A stretch of 64,000 nt of DNA from Mobula hypostoma (GCF_963921235.1 NC_086108.1:77316001-77380000); one strand, 5' to 3'; shown: positions 24,640 through 37,802, counted from the stretch's first letter. The notes: generated by a model from the letters alone, not told the origin. A program made the numbers and translations.

Positions 24640-25800
24640 CAACATCTTCAAGTGTGTACTTGTGCAGGGGAAATCCTGTCTCAATGATTTCATTCAGCTT
24701 CTTGAGGAAGCAATTAAGAAAGTTAATAGAGGCAAGGTGGTAGACAGTGTCATTATGAACGTTGGTAAGGCACTTGCCAAGGGTCTTCATAGTAGGCTAA
24801 TCCAAAATGTTAAGGCACAAGCGTTCAAAGCAAGCCGGCTGATTGAATCCAAAACTGGTTTGGTGGATAGGAAGCAGCGGGTGGCTGTGGGACGATAGTT
24901 TTCTGATTGGAAATCCATGAACAGTGGTGTAGCACAGGGATTGGTGCATTGATCCTTTTTTTGTGATATATAAATGAACAACATGATAATGTATGTAGGA
25001 AGTATGATTAATAAGTTTGTGGCAGACATGAAAGTTGGTAGTGTTGTGGATAGTGAGGAACATAGGCAACAGTGGGACATAGATCAGATGAAAAGTTGGG
25101 TGGAACTTTTTATAGATGGAATTTTATTCCAACAAGTGTAAGGTGATACATTTCAGGAAGTCAAATAGGAGCAGGACATGGACATTTGAGTCCATAATTC
25201 CTTGAAAATGGCAACATAGGTGGGTAGATGGCATGCTTGCCTTCATTAGCTGAGACATAAAATATAGAAGTTGGGATACTTTGCAACTTGTACGGCTGCA
25301 CTTGGAGTATTGTGTACTGTTCCGGTCACTTCACGAGAGCAAAGATGTGGGTGCGATGGACAGAATGCAGAGGAGGTTCATTGGGTTTGTGCCTGGAATG
25401 GAGGACTTCAGGTATGGGAAGAGACTGGAGAGGCTGAGCTTGTTTTCTCTGGAACAAAGGAGTCTAAGGGATGATATGATAGAAGGATATAATATTATTA
25501 GAGACAATGGTTGGATAGAGAGTCTTTGACTTTGGTAGGGGTATCAAAAACAAAAGGGCATGTGTTTAAGGTGAGAGGGGGAAGTTTTAAAGGGAATTTG
25601 AAGTGAATATTTTAAAACAGATTGGTTCTTGGAGGAAGTGGTGGAGTCAGATACAACCATTGTATTTTGATAGGCACTTAAGTGGTAAGGCATAGATGGT
25701 TATAGAGATAATGCAGTCAAATGGGATAAGTTAGATGGGTGAAAGTTTAGCATAGTTGGTGGGCAGAAGGTGATGTACAACTCTATATTGTACCTCTATG
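24640..25800 (+). mobile_element. Decayed CR1 RT and 3' end
   Basis: VQGKSCLND, KFVADMKVG and LVRLHLEYC motifs. Confidence 0.85.
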
Positions 25801-26550
25801 TGCAAATACATCTGGCAGCATTTTTACAAAGGTGGAAAACTGAAATAAAATAGAAACAATATTATGGTTGCTCTGCCCTGTAAAATTGACAGTTTAACTC
25901 TCTGCCTGTCCTGCTGAGTTTTTCCAATATTTTTGATTTGTTTCAGATTTCTAGAAGAGCTTGTTTCTGTGCAGTACAAATCTATGATTCAATGTGCAAA
26001 TCTAATTTATTTGAATGTTATATCCCAGACTGTATTCAAATTAAGCAGATGCATTCTATTTCCTCTTTTCCATTCACTCTTCAATGACTATTAAAGAACA
26101 TCACACTGTTTGTCAGCCAAGCCTCTCAGCAAGGGATAATCTTTGTTCATGGGAAAGTCTAACACATTTGATTATCTGCTCCAGAAAATGACAGGAAAAA
26201 AAAAGAAAATAATGCAAATGCTGGAAATTTGAAGCAACAAAAAAGAAAATGCTGGAAAAGCTCTGCATGTTTGTAAAGAGCAACAGTACACATCTCAGGT
26301 CAGAGCATCTATTTTATTTTGAGTTGATATCCAGTTTTTCCATCTGTGAAGAAATGCATCCAGTATGCAGCAGTATTGAGAATTTATTTTTGTGTGCATG
26401 GACCCCGGTAAGATAAACGAACAACACTGTTCTCCAAAGAGACGTCATTGCAATTTTTGCTCTAAAAGTCCAACCATTATATTATGTAAAGCCCTGGGAG
26501 AGGACTGTGAATCTCCACTTTGCAAAAGAATGTCACTAAATGTCACTACA

Positions 26551-26746
26551 AGGCTGTGGAGGCCAAGTCTCTGGATGCTTTCAAGAAAGAGATGGATAGA
26601 GCTCTTAAAGATAGCGGAATCCAAGGTTATGGGGATGAAGCAGGAACTGGATACTGATTGTGGATGATCAGCCACGATCACAGTAAATGGCGGTGCTGGC
26701 TCAAAGGGCCGAATGGCCTACTCCTGCACCTATTGTCTATTGTCTA
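26551..26746 (+). mobile_element. Short CR1 3' end
   Basis: aggctgtggaggccaagtc...gggccgaatggcctactcctgc, then a (tattgtc)n tail. Confidence 0.85.
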
Positions 26747-27174
26747 AATCAAAATTATTTGCAAATTGGCTCTCAGAGGGTTAAAAACAACACTTGACAT
26801 CCTGAACTCCACCAACCATGATCTTAACCAGACTAGAGATGTTTGGTCTCTGTGCAAACAACAAGATCTTTTTTGAACTTTATGAGTCTGCTTGTATTGC
26901 ATAACATCGTGATGGAATGTGGCTTAAAACCTGATCGAGGCAGTCAGTGGAGGAATCAATGTCATCTTTAGTGCATTAGTCCTTCAGGCACTGAATGTTC
27001 TCTGCTGTGCAAGAGTATGGGCTGTGATTTTTAAAGAGACTTTTCCTGATCTGTGTGAGTTGTGTTGTTTCATACTTTCCAAATAGAGTATGACTCATTT
27101 GTAGGTTTTATGCAAAAAAAAAGGCAGAGGCGTTTTATGTTTAAGAAAGCCATAACATCTCACTTATTGATTAC

Positions 27175-30100
27175 AGAATTCACTAAAACCAACATTGTGA
27201 GCCTGTTTGGAGCCTGGATGAGCCGCATGGCTTGGATTCTATGTTCCATGGGTGGAGGAACAGCAGCTGCCTCTGGCTCCTCCAGAGGTGTGTTGACATG
27301 CACAAGGTCATGATGTGAAGCTGGCAGCCCGGTAGTAGAATCCTCCAAACCTTGGTGGGGTTTGTCCGGATTAAAGTGATCTACTGAAATACATTCTGGT
27401 TTACCCCTCTTATCTGTGATAAGAGTCTTTTCTCCCTGTTCCAAAACGCAGAACAGGCCTTCGTAAGGGGGCCTAAAGGGATGTTGGTGTGCATCATGGT
27501 GGATGAAAACTAACGAGGCGGAATGTAGGTCAAAGGGAATCCAAAAGTGCTGTGTGCCGTGATAGGAGGTAGGAATGGATGAAAAGGAATAGAATTTACT
27601 GAAGAGGGTGGAACGCTGTTGAGAGGCTTACAAGGTGACCATGGCATCAGAAATGAAATCACTTGGCACTCGTAATGGCTGCCCGTATACCAGCTCAGCC
27701 ACGAATGACTGCAGGTCCTCTTTTGGAGCTGCTCTTGACCCCAGCAGGACCCACAGGAGATGATCATGCCAACACTCATCAGTCAGGGAAGCCCTTGGAG
27801 TAGCCTTTGAGGAGTGGTGAAACCACTCAGATAAGCAGTTAAACTGTGAGTGATATGCCCAATTGTGATGTAGCATAACACCGAGGTTCTGGGCCATTGC
27901 AGCCCCAGTGGTTTGATTATGAATTGGGGACTACGGTCAGAAGAAAAATCAGATGGGGTGCCAAACTGAGCAACCCAGGTGAACACCGAGCCACGTCTGT
28001 GGCTGTCGTCAATACTAGAGGGACAACCTCTAGCCACCATGGTAAGGAAGTGTGTGAACTGTGGGGGGGGGTGGGGTGGGGTGGGGTCGACCAAAAAGTT
28101 CCACATTGACACGGTCAAACCGTTGTTTGGGGATCTCAAAAGGTGCCAATGGCGCCTGAGCATGTCAGTTCATTTTTACCCGTTGGTATTCCACACAGGC
28201 TGCACCCAATCAAGCACGTCTGTTCGAAAACCATGCCACACAAACTCTGTGAGATCTTCTGGCAGATGTGAGAGACTATGTATGGAGTCAAAAACAGTCC
28301 GCCTCCAGTTTGCAGGCATTATGGGGCAAAGGTGACCAGTTGAGACTTCACACAGGAGAGAAACCCCCGCTTCTCCGAACAAAATGTCAGTAAACTGCAG
28401 GCCCTTGACTGCTGTTCAGTAAGCCTGCACCTTTGGGTCAGTAGCTTGGTCGGCTGCCTATGTGGTCAATCCCTGTGGTCAACCTCTATGTGTACGGCCT
28501 TAATGGGTGGACACGAAAAGCAATTAGCCATGGCATTATTTTTCTCCTTGATATGTTGACTATCGGTTGTGTACTCTGATGTGTAGACCAGTTGGTGTTG
28601 CTGCCATGCAGAGCAAGGGTCTGATATTTTGGCTATTGTGTGCACGAAGGGCTTGTGGTCAAGCAGCACTGTGAAGTGGCGATCCTCTAGGACAGGGGTC
28701 CCCAACCTTTTTTGCACTGCGGACCGGTTTAGTATTGACAATATTCTTGCGGACCGGCCAACCGGTGGCGGGGGGGGGGGGGGTAGGGTTGCCAACTGAC
28801 AAGAGTAGCAGTCAAATACGTTGTGTTTACCCCGAGAAAGACTACAATGACCATGAAGCCTTGCGCGGGCACCAGTGCGCATGCGTGTACGTGCCGGTTC
28901 TTTTTCCAGAAATCATTTTTGGCAATTCTGTCCGGGGGAGGGGGGAGTGTTAATCACAACCGGAATATAGGTGATAAGTGGTTAATACACTCAATTTTGT
29001 ATCTAAAAAGGTTTATCTAACGAATTTAATATTAAACACACAGCCCTTTTTTTCCTCACATGAATATAGTGATAAGTCAATTATCAGGGGAGCTTGAAGT
29101 AAGTGTTGAATGAACTTCCAGTAGAAGTGGTAGAGGCAGGCTCGATATTATCATTTAAAGAAAGATTGGATAGGTATATGGACAGGAAAGGAGTGGAGGG
29201 TTATGGGCTGAGTGCAGGTCGGTGGGACTAGGTGAGAGTAGCTTTCGGCATGGACTAGAAGGGCCGAGATCGCCTATTTCCATGCTGTAATTGTTATATG
29301 GTTATATAAGTCACTTATAAGCCAATAGCATCATAACATTTTAAGTAACGTTTGGATATTAAACACACAGCACATATTTTCCCTGTATGAACATATAAAA
29401 TCATTGCAACACACCAATATCGCTGAATCAGTGGGAGCCCTGGGCTGAATACTTGTTTTCCTGCAACAAGGCTGTCCTATTGAGGGGTGATGGGAGATAG
29501 CGATACTCAAAGGGAGGTTCCTTATGTCCAGTCTATTCTGCAATTTAGTTCTCATTGCATTTATTGCAGAGATATGTTGGAAATGGAAGCAACGTTTTCA
29601 GTGCTTTTGTGGCTGTCTCAGGATACTTAGCCTTGACTTTGATCCAGAATGCCGGCAGAGATGTTATGTCAAACATACTTTTCAGCCCGCCGTCATTTGC
29701 AAGCTCGAGGAGTTGATCTCCTTCCCGTGCTGACATGAATGACGTGCAGGTAATGACCTCGCATGCGTTCAAGCTCAACAGTGGGCGTGGCAGGGAATGA
29801 GGAAAGGTGCAGCTGACTCATATCGCCAAATCATATTGTTTCCTCACAGCCTGGCAGCACATGCTTTGTGGCCCGGTACCAGTCCGCGGCCCGGTGGTTG
29901 GGGACCACTGCTCTAGGAGAAAACAAAAATGGCAGACAGCCAGATAGAGACTGAGAAGCTCATGGTCAAATGTGCAGTACTTGCCTTTGGGGGGGGGGGG
30001 GGGGGAGAATGAAGCCTTTGGCTGAAGAAGGTGAGTGACTGCCACATGCCTCCAACCAATTGTTTGTGCACAGCACCCTCAGCGTTGTCTGAACCATCAG

Positions 30101-30550
30101 TTAGCGAGGGGGTGCACCAGTCTTTTAATACTCAGTCAATCAGCCACTGGAAAGTCTGTGCTGCATTTTTCAGTAAAAGGCATGCGCAGAAACTCTAAGA
30201 GGCAAAAAGGGGTTATCACAGCCATTTTGTGAATGTCCTCCGAGCACACGGGTACCTCGTGGTAGCCCCTAACTAGGTCGACTTCGGAAAAAATTAAACG
30301 TTCCAAAAAGGCTTGGATATGTGGGATCGGGTAACGATTGTTAAGGTATTGGTAATTGCCACATTGGCTGCAACCACCATCAGACTTAGGGACCATATGC
30401 AGGGGTGAAGCCCAGGGGTTATTTGACCAACATACAATGCCAAGTCTTTGCATGTTGGCAAACTCAGCCTTTGCGGGTGCCAGCTTTTCTGGGTCCAGAT
30501 CTACATGCATGGGCATGGACTGCTTGTCCAGTTGTGGAAATGGGATGCTC
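27175..30550 (-). mobile_element. Ty3/Gypsy pol remnant (RT, RNase H, integrase) interrupted by a hAT element
   Basis: ORF 30136-30558 has PWASPLHMVPKSDG, YPIPHIQ and DLVRGYHEVP. Also FDHELL, DHKPFV and WVAQFGTPSDFSSDRSPQF. Confidence 0.9.
28693..29910 (-). mobile_element. Non-autonomous hAT (Charlie/Buster-type) DNA transposon
   Basis: TIRs CAGGGGTCCCCAACC and GGTTGGGGACCACTG. Perfect 8-bp TSD CTCTAGGA at 28685-28692 and 29911-29918. Dimerisation-domain remnant FWIKVKAKYPETATKALKTLLPFPTYLC. Confidence 0.95.
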
Positions 30551-30569
30551 AACTCCATGTTTTGTGACT

Positions 30570-30865
30570 GTAGTCCTCATCCAATCAGGCTTCTGGTCTC
30601 CCACCTTGATTAAAATAGAATTTTAACAAAGACGAAGATCTCACTCTGAGTAAGAACAGGAATTCAATTATAAACAAGGTGAGAGAGCAGAAACCTGATT
30701 GGATGAGGACTAACCAATCAGAAGGGACAGAATACAGGGGTATAAATACAACTGGACTAGATTGCCCAGGCATCATCCCTGAAGAAGATGGCAGAGTTTG
30801 TCATCAAAAGGTCGATAATAATCAATACCTGTACCCGACTGGAAGCCCGAGAAGAGTTTATTTGA
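30570..30865 (+). mobile_element. Penelope-like element 3' end and pseudo-LTR (second family) with a short 5' inversion
   Basis: NFNKDEDLTLSKN C-terminal remnant, CCAAT and TATAAA boxes, hammerhead-like motif. 30572-30608 is the reverse complement of about 30676-30711. Confidence 0.75.
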
Positions 30866-31202
30866 TCTTGCTTGTTTATTCTGTAATATTACATCCAGCT
30901 AGTTATTATGGATTGTCCAATCTGTAATAATGGATCAGTCATAATGTAGTTTGTAGGATTCTGTCTCAAAAACTGGATCAGGCTTGCAATATTATTATTA
31001 TTTTTTTATTTTTTCTCAGCTGAGTCTAGTAAAACCTGAAGTATGGGCATAGGCAAGCATGCTTATCTCTCAATTACTCAGAACATTTGGACTATTCTAG
31101 TTGTGTTCAGTGTTGTGGCTTTGTAAAGATTTACATAGATGTTGCTGTGTAGTCCTCATTGTTTAATGCTATTGTGTAGTGCCTTTGGGATGATACCTGA
31201 TG

Positions 31203-31882
31203 TAGATTAGATTAGATTATGAGGACACTCAGTCCTCGTTTATTGTCATTTAGAAATGCATGCATTAAGAAATGATACAATGTTCCTTCAGAGTGATATC
31301 ACAAAAAAAAGGACGATCCAAAGACTAACACTAACAAGACCACATAATTATAACATATAGTTACAGCAGTGCAAAGCAATACTGTAATTTGATAAAGAGC
31401 AGATCATGGGCACGGTAAAAAAAAAGTCTCAAAGTTCTGATCGACTCCCGATAGTCCCGATAGGAGGCGACAGAAGGGAGAAACTCTCCCTGCCATAAAC
31501 CTCCAGGCGCCGACAACTGCTGATGCATTGGAAGCATCCGACCACAGCCGACTCTGAGTCTGTCTGAAAGCTTCGAGCCTCCAACCAGCCCCTCCGATAC
31601 AGCCTCCTGAGCACCATCCTCGGCTGAGCACTTCGACACCGCTCCGGCCACCGAGCAACAAGCAAAGCTGACGACTCGGGCCTTCTCCTCCGGAGATTCT
31701 GGATCACACAGTAGCAGCGGCAGTGAATAAGGCATTTCAGAAGTTTCTCCAGATGTTCCTCCGTGCTCTCATGTCTGTTTCCACCAAATCAGGATTGTGC
31801 ATGGCACCCTACTTCACAGATTACAGATATTATTTACCGGACTGGCCGCTGCGCGCTGCGTCGCACTGCCATCTTCTCCTCT
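31203..31882 (-). mobile_element. Non-coding retroposon of about 0.65 kb, copy 1
   Basis: 5' GAGGAGAAGATGGC, CpG-rich body and (TAATC)n tail. Homologous to 35476-36103 and 44621-45146. Confidence 0.85.
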
Positions 31883-31906
31883 CCACTATTACTATTGGGA
31901 GAATGT

Positions 31907-33483
31907 AAAAGTTTGGACACCCCTGGTCAAAATTTATGTTACTGTGAATAGCTAGGCGAGTAAAAGATGAAAAGGCATAAAGTTAAAGATGACACATTTC
32001 TTTGATATTTTAAGCAAGATTACTTTTTTATTTCCATCTTTTACAGTTTCAAAGTAAAAAAAAGGAAAGGTGTCCAAAACAAAAGTTTGGGCACCCTGCA
32101 TGATCAGTACTTAGTAACACCCCCTTTGGCAAGTATCACAGCTTGTAAACACTTTCTGTAGCCAGCTAAGAGTCTTTCAATTCTTGTTTGGGGGATGTTC
32201 GCCCATTCTTCTTTGCAAAAGGCTTCTAGTTCTGTGAGATTTTTGGGCCGTCTTGCATGCACTGCTCTTTTGAGGTCTATCCACAGATTTTTGATGATGT
32301 TTAGGTCGGGGGACTGCGAGGGCCATGGCAAAACCTTCAGCTCGTGCCTCTTGAGGTAGCCCACTGTGGATTTTGAGGTGTGTTTAGGATCATTATCCTG
32401 TTGTAGAAGCCATCCTCTTTTCATCTTCAACTTTTTTACAGATGGTGTGATGTTTATTTCCAGAATTTGCTGGTATTTAATTGAATTAATTCTTCCCTCT
32501 ACCAGTGAAATGTTCCCCGTGCCACTGGCTGCAACACAAGCCTAAACCATGATCGATCCACCCCTGTGCTTAACAGTTGGAGAGGTGTTCTTTCCATGAA
32601 ATTCTGCACCCTTTTTCTTCAAACTTACCTTTGCTCATTGCTCATCAGTCCACAGGACTTGTTTCCAAAAAGCATCAAGCTTGTTTAGATGTTCCTTTGC
32701 AAACTTCTGATGCTGAATTTTGTGGTGAGGACGCAGGAAAGGTTTTCTTCTGATAACTCTCAAAAGAAGGTCATATTTGTGCAGGTGTGGCTGCACAGTA
32801 GAACAGTGCACCACCACTCCAGAGTCTGCTAAATCTTCCTGAAGGTCTTTTGCAGTCAAACGGTGGTTTTGATTTGCCTTTCTAGCAATCCTATGAGCAG
32901 TTCTCTCGGAAAGTTTTCTTGGTCTTCCAGACTTCAACTTGACCTCCACCATTCCTGTTAACTGCCATTTCTTAATTACATTATGAACTGAGGAAACAGC
33001 TATCTGAAAATGCTTTGCTATCTTCTTATAGCCTTCTCCTGCTCTGTGGGCACCATTTATTTTAATTTCCAGAATGCTAGGCAACTGCTTAGAGGAGCCC
33101 ATGGCTGCTGATTGTTGGAACAAGGTTTGAGGAGTCAGGGTATTTATAAAGCTTTGAAATTTGCATCACCTGGCCTTTGCTAACAATGACTGTGAACAAG
33201 ACATAGACCTAACAAGCTAATTAAGGTCTGAGACCTTGGTAAAAGTTATCTGAGAGCTCAAATCTCTTGGGGTGCCCAAACTTTTGCATGGTGCTCCTTT
33301 CCTTTTTTTTCACTCTAAAATTGTACAAAACAAAAATAATACACTAATCTTGCTTAAAATGTTGAAAAGAATGTTTCATCTTTAACTTTATGACTTTTGG
33401 AGAATAGTTCATCTTCTACTCACTTAACTATTCACAGTAACAGAAATTTTGACCAGGGGTGCCCAAACATTTGCATGCCACTG
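31907..33483 (-). mobile_element. Tc1 (DD34E) IR/DR-type transposon with a pseudogenised transposase
   Basis: ORFs 32635-33123 (GEGYKKIAK, SGRPRK, WTDE) and 32104-32430 (QQDNDPKH, WPSQSPDLN). Long inverted repeats with inner and outer AAAAGTTTGGGCACCC-type repeats. The outermost left bases are lost. Confidence 0.95.
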
Positions 33484-35129
33484 TTTACCCTGTTCATGTT
33501 CCAAAGTCCTTTAATTTCCTCTCTTAATTCAGCATATTTTTGTTATTTTTCACTTGGTTGATTTCTGTGAGTTCTGTGTATTTGGAATGGGTATATCCAT
33601 TAGGTAAGTTGTTCTTGCTTGTTTATTCTGTATTATTACATCTGAACTGTTATTATAGATTGTTCTATCTGTAATGATAGATTGGTCATAATATAATTTG
33701 TGGTATTCTGATTCTAAAGTTACAGCAGGCCTGTATTTATAGTACAGTACGATTTCTTTATGAGTTTGTATTTTAAAGCAGGATCTTGATAAATGATGTT
33801 TGTCACTTGAATGTGCTTGTGTAAGTAATCGGATTGAGTTAAACTGCTTCAGGATCCTGTAATGTGTTTGATCGTTTCTGGTTTTTCTTGCCACTTTCTG
33901 TATTTATCATCTTGAATTTGTTGGACTTTCAATATGAATTTTTGATAATTTTTTTGTGTTAACCACCTGGTCCTATATTACCACAAGGAACCCTTCTGTT
34001 TCTCAGAAGAGGTCTCCAACTCTGAGCCAGGTGTTTGGCAGTTTCTTGTCGAGATCTAGTCTGCTCAGATCATGGGGATGTCTTTCATGGAGGGTTATAC
34101 TCTTCCATTGGTTAACTTTTTCTTGAATAGTGATAATGTCTTCAGTTTTTTTGGATTGTGTTCTTATTTCAGTTTAGTGACGTATACTTCTTATCAGAAT
34201 TGCATATGCTCATGTGGAGTCCTGAATCTTGTTTATGTTGATGAAAGTATATCTTTAGAAGTTTTATCTGACTGTTGTATAGATTTTTAATGTCTATATT
34301 CCTCTTCTCCCTTCTGTTCACTAACCATTATTCATTTTATACTCCATTAGGTGGGCTACTTCAGCTCTTAAGCTCTCAAATTTGTTACTTTATTTCGTCT
34401 AACATTTTAGTGTTCTCATTTCATTACTCAGTTTTGGGTTTCTATTAATGAGTGCCTCTATTTTGGAGCCATTGCACTGTCGTTAATGCTGCACAATATG
34501 CTATTGTGTGTAATTCTTCAGATGTTTCAAGTTTTCAAAAGTATTGTGGTAGTACATCGTTGTGAGTATCAAGAATTCTTGCAAATTTTGATGATGTGTT
34601 TTGCTTTGGTATGTAAGGCCTTTTCATTGGGTCTGTTAGTGTGGTGTTAAATGTTAGAATAATTGTGTCAGTAAACTCATGTTCTTGGAGGCTCTACATC
34701 TGTGTTATTGCTATTACCATCAGATTGTGGAGCAGTAGTTGAAGTGATTCTAATTTCATCAGCGCTTCGGGGGGGGGTGGTGCGCGTGTGTTGGCATCAT
34801 CATTATTTTCTTATATAGCACTGTTGTGGTCTTTAGGTTGTTTTTTTTCTGACTTTTGTGCAACTTCATGTTTTATTTGGTTTAACATTTCTATACAAAT
34901 TAAATTATTTTTATTATCATTCTACATTGATCAGCTATTCATTGCCCATTTACTTGCTTGAAGAGATATTGTACGATAAACTGGTGATGAGGTTTGTTCC
35001 TGTATCCTGTCATGTTATTTTCATGTTCCATTACTCGATCATATACACACATTATGAATGTGTTTATTTCTAATGACCATTTCACGTGTCTTTCTTCTCC
35101 TAACTGCTTGAGTGGTTTCAGTTGTAAGT

Positions 35130-36280
35130 ACACTTGAATACACTTAGATTAACACTACCTAGGAAAGAAGGAGGAAGATGAATAACAGACATAAAAAATT
35201 TACGCAAGAGTAAAAGGATATATTTTCATATATTTTTTCACAAGCACATTCAAGAGGCAAACATCATTCACCAAAATCTTACTATAAAATACAAACTCAT
35301 AAAAGGCACCATACCTTACTATACATACAAGCCTCATAAAGGTTCAGAGTCAGAGTCCTACAAATTATATTATGACTGATCCATTATTACAGTTGGACAT
35401 TCCATAACTACTGCCTGGACATAATATTACAGTACAAACAAGCAACAACAACTGACCATTCTGGACACACACAAGGCGGGAGGAGAAGATGGCAGCGCGA
35501 CGCAGTGCGCGCAGCTCTCCAGTGAAATTATATCGTATCTGTTAAATTGGGGCTGTGGACAATTCTGATTTGATGGAGACAGACGTGAGAAGCACAGAGG
35601 AACATCTGGAGAAATTTCTGAAATGCCTGGTTCGCTGCCGCTGCTACTGCGCGATCGAGAATCTCTGGAGGGAAGGCCCCAAAATCCCCGGCTTTGCCTG
35701 CTGCTGGCTACCGAGGCTGGGGTTGAAGCATTCGGTGGAGATGGTGCTCGGTACTCGGTGTCGGTGGGCTGATCAGAGCTCGAAGTTTTTGGACGACTCA
35801 GAGTTGGACTGTGGTCGGGCATGGCAGGGAGAGTTTTCTTCCTTCTCCTGTCTGCATGAGATGTGGGACTTTCGAGAGACTTTGAACTTTTTTGCTGTGC
35901 CGTGGCCTGTTCTTCATCAAGTTATGGTATTGTTGCACTGTTGTAACTATATGTTATAATTATGTGGTTTCTGTTAGTTTTTCAGTCTTGGTCTGTCCTG
36001 TGTTTCTGCGATATCACACCGGAGGAATATTGTATCATTTCTTAATGCATGCATTACTCAATGAAAATAAAAGAGGACTGCATGTCCTCATAATCTAATC
36101 TAATATAGAAATCAAGAAGTGAAAAACACCAGAAATATGCTGAATTAAAACAGGAAATTGAAAGACTATGGAACATGAACAGGGTATACATTATCCGAAT
36201 AGTATTATGCACAACTGGTATCATCCCAAAGTCACTACACAATGGTGTTAAACAGTTAGCCCTACACAGCAATATATATG
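35130..36280 (+). mobile_element. Second R4/Dong-type 3' fragment in opposite orientation
   Basis: SEKHQKYAELKQEIERLWNMNRVYII...TTGIIPKSL at about 36118-36240. Inverted homolog of about 33484-33880 and 31140-31200. Confidence 0.8.
35476..36103 (+). mobile_element. Non-coding retroposon of about 0.65 kb, copy 2
   Basis: GGAGGAGAAGATGGCAGCG...CATAATCTAATCTAAT. Confidence 0.85.
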
Positions 36281-37802
36281 ACTGCTTTATTAGGTACACC
36301 TGTACACCGGCTTGTTAAGACCATAAGTTATAGGAGCTGAATTAGGCCATTTTCTACACCATTTCATCATGGCTGATCCAATTTTCCTCTCAGCCCCAAT
36401 CTCCTACTTCTTCCCGTATAATTTCATGCCATGACCAATCAAGAATTTATCAATTTCAGCCATAAAAATAACTAAAGACTTGGCCTCCATAGCTGACTGT
36501 GGCAGATAATTCCACAGATTCACCACTCTCTGGCTAAAGAAATTCCTCCTTATCTCCACTCTAAAAGGATCCCCCTCTATTCTGAGGCTGTGTCATCTGA
36601 TCTTAGACTCTCCCACTACATGAAACATCCTCTCTACATACATGCCATCAAGACCTATCACCATTTGATAGGTTTCAATGATGTCACCCTTCACTCTTCT
36701 GAATTCTAGTGAATACAGGCCCAAAGCCTTCAAATACTCTTCATATGACAATCCACTCAATCCTGGAATCATTTTCGTGAACCTCCTTTGACTCCTCTCC
36801 AGTTTCAGTACATCCTTTCTAAGATAAGGGGCCAAAATCTGTTCACAATACTCCAGGTGAGACCTCACCAGTACTTTATAAAGTCCCAACATTACATCCT
36901 TTCTATTATATTCTGGTCCTCTAGAAATGAATGCTAACATCTCATTTGCCTTCCTCACCACCAATTTAACCCGCAAATTAACCTTTATCGAATCCTGCAC
37001 AAGGACTCCCAAGTTCCTTTGCACCTAGTTTTTGTATTTTCTTTCCAACTTAGAAATAATCATTTCTTTTACCAAAGTACATGACCATACACTTCCCAAC
37101 ACTGTATTCCATCTGCCGTTTCTTTGCCCATTCTCCTAATCTGTCTAAATCATTCTGTAGCCTCTCTACTTCCTCAAAACTACTTAGCCCTCCACCTATC
37201 TTCATATTGTCTGCAAACTTTTCAACAAAGCCATCAATTCCATCATCCAAATCATTGACATGTAATGTAAAAAGAATCAATCTCAACACAGTCACCTGTG
37301 GAACCCCACTAGTCACCAGCAGCCAGCTAGAAAAAACATCCTTCATTCCTACTCGTTGACTCTTGCCAATCAGCCACTGCTTTTTCCATGCTAGAATCTT
37401 TCCTGTAATATCATGGGATCGTAGATTGTTATGCAGCCTCATGTGTTGCATCTTGTCAAAGGCCTTCTGAAAAGCCAAGTACACAACATCAAGCAATTCT
37501 CCTTTGCCTCTTCTGCTTGTTATTTCTTCAAAGAATTCCAACAGATTTGTCAGGTAAGATTTTCCCTTGAGGAAACCTTACTGATCTATTTTATCATGTG
37601 CCTCCAAGTATCCTGAGACCTCACCCTTAATAATTGACTCCAAAATCCTCCCAACTACTGAGGTCAGATTAACTGGTCTATAGCTTCCTGTCTTCCATCC
37701 ATTTTCCTTCTTGGAGTGATATTTGCAATTTTCCATTCTTACAGAACCATTCCAGAATCTAGTGATTCTTGAAAGATTATTACTAATGCCTCCACAATTT
37801 CT

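Larger units (their letters stand above)
30990..35050 (-). mobile_element. R4/Dong-clade non-LTR element (restriction-like endonuclease), decayed and interrupted
   Basis: ORF 33550-33894 has KLYYDQSIITDRTIYNNSSDVII...YLMDIPIP. (TAA)n-type tail at about 30990. The 5' boundary is uncertain. Confidence 0.75.

Noticed and set aside
29545..29778. ZBED5/SCAND3-like host gene
   Set aside because: Only a fragment inside TIRs and an 8-bp TSD.
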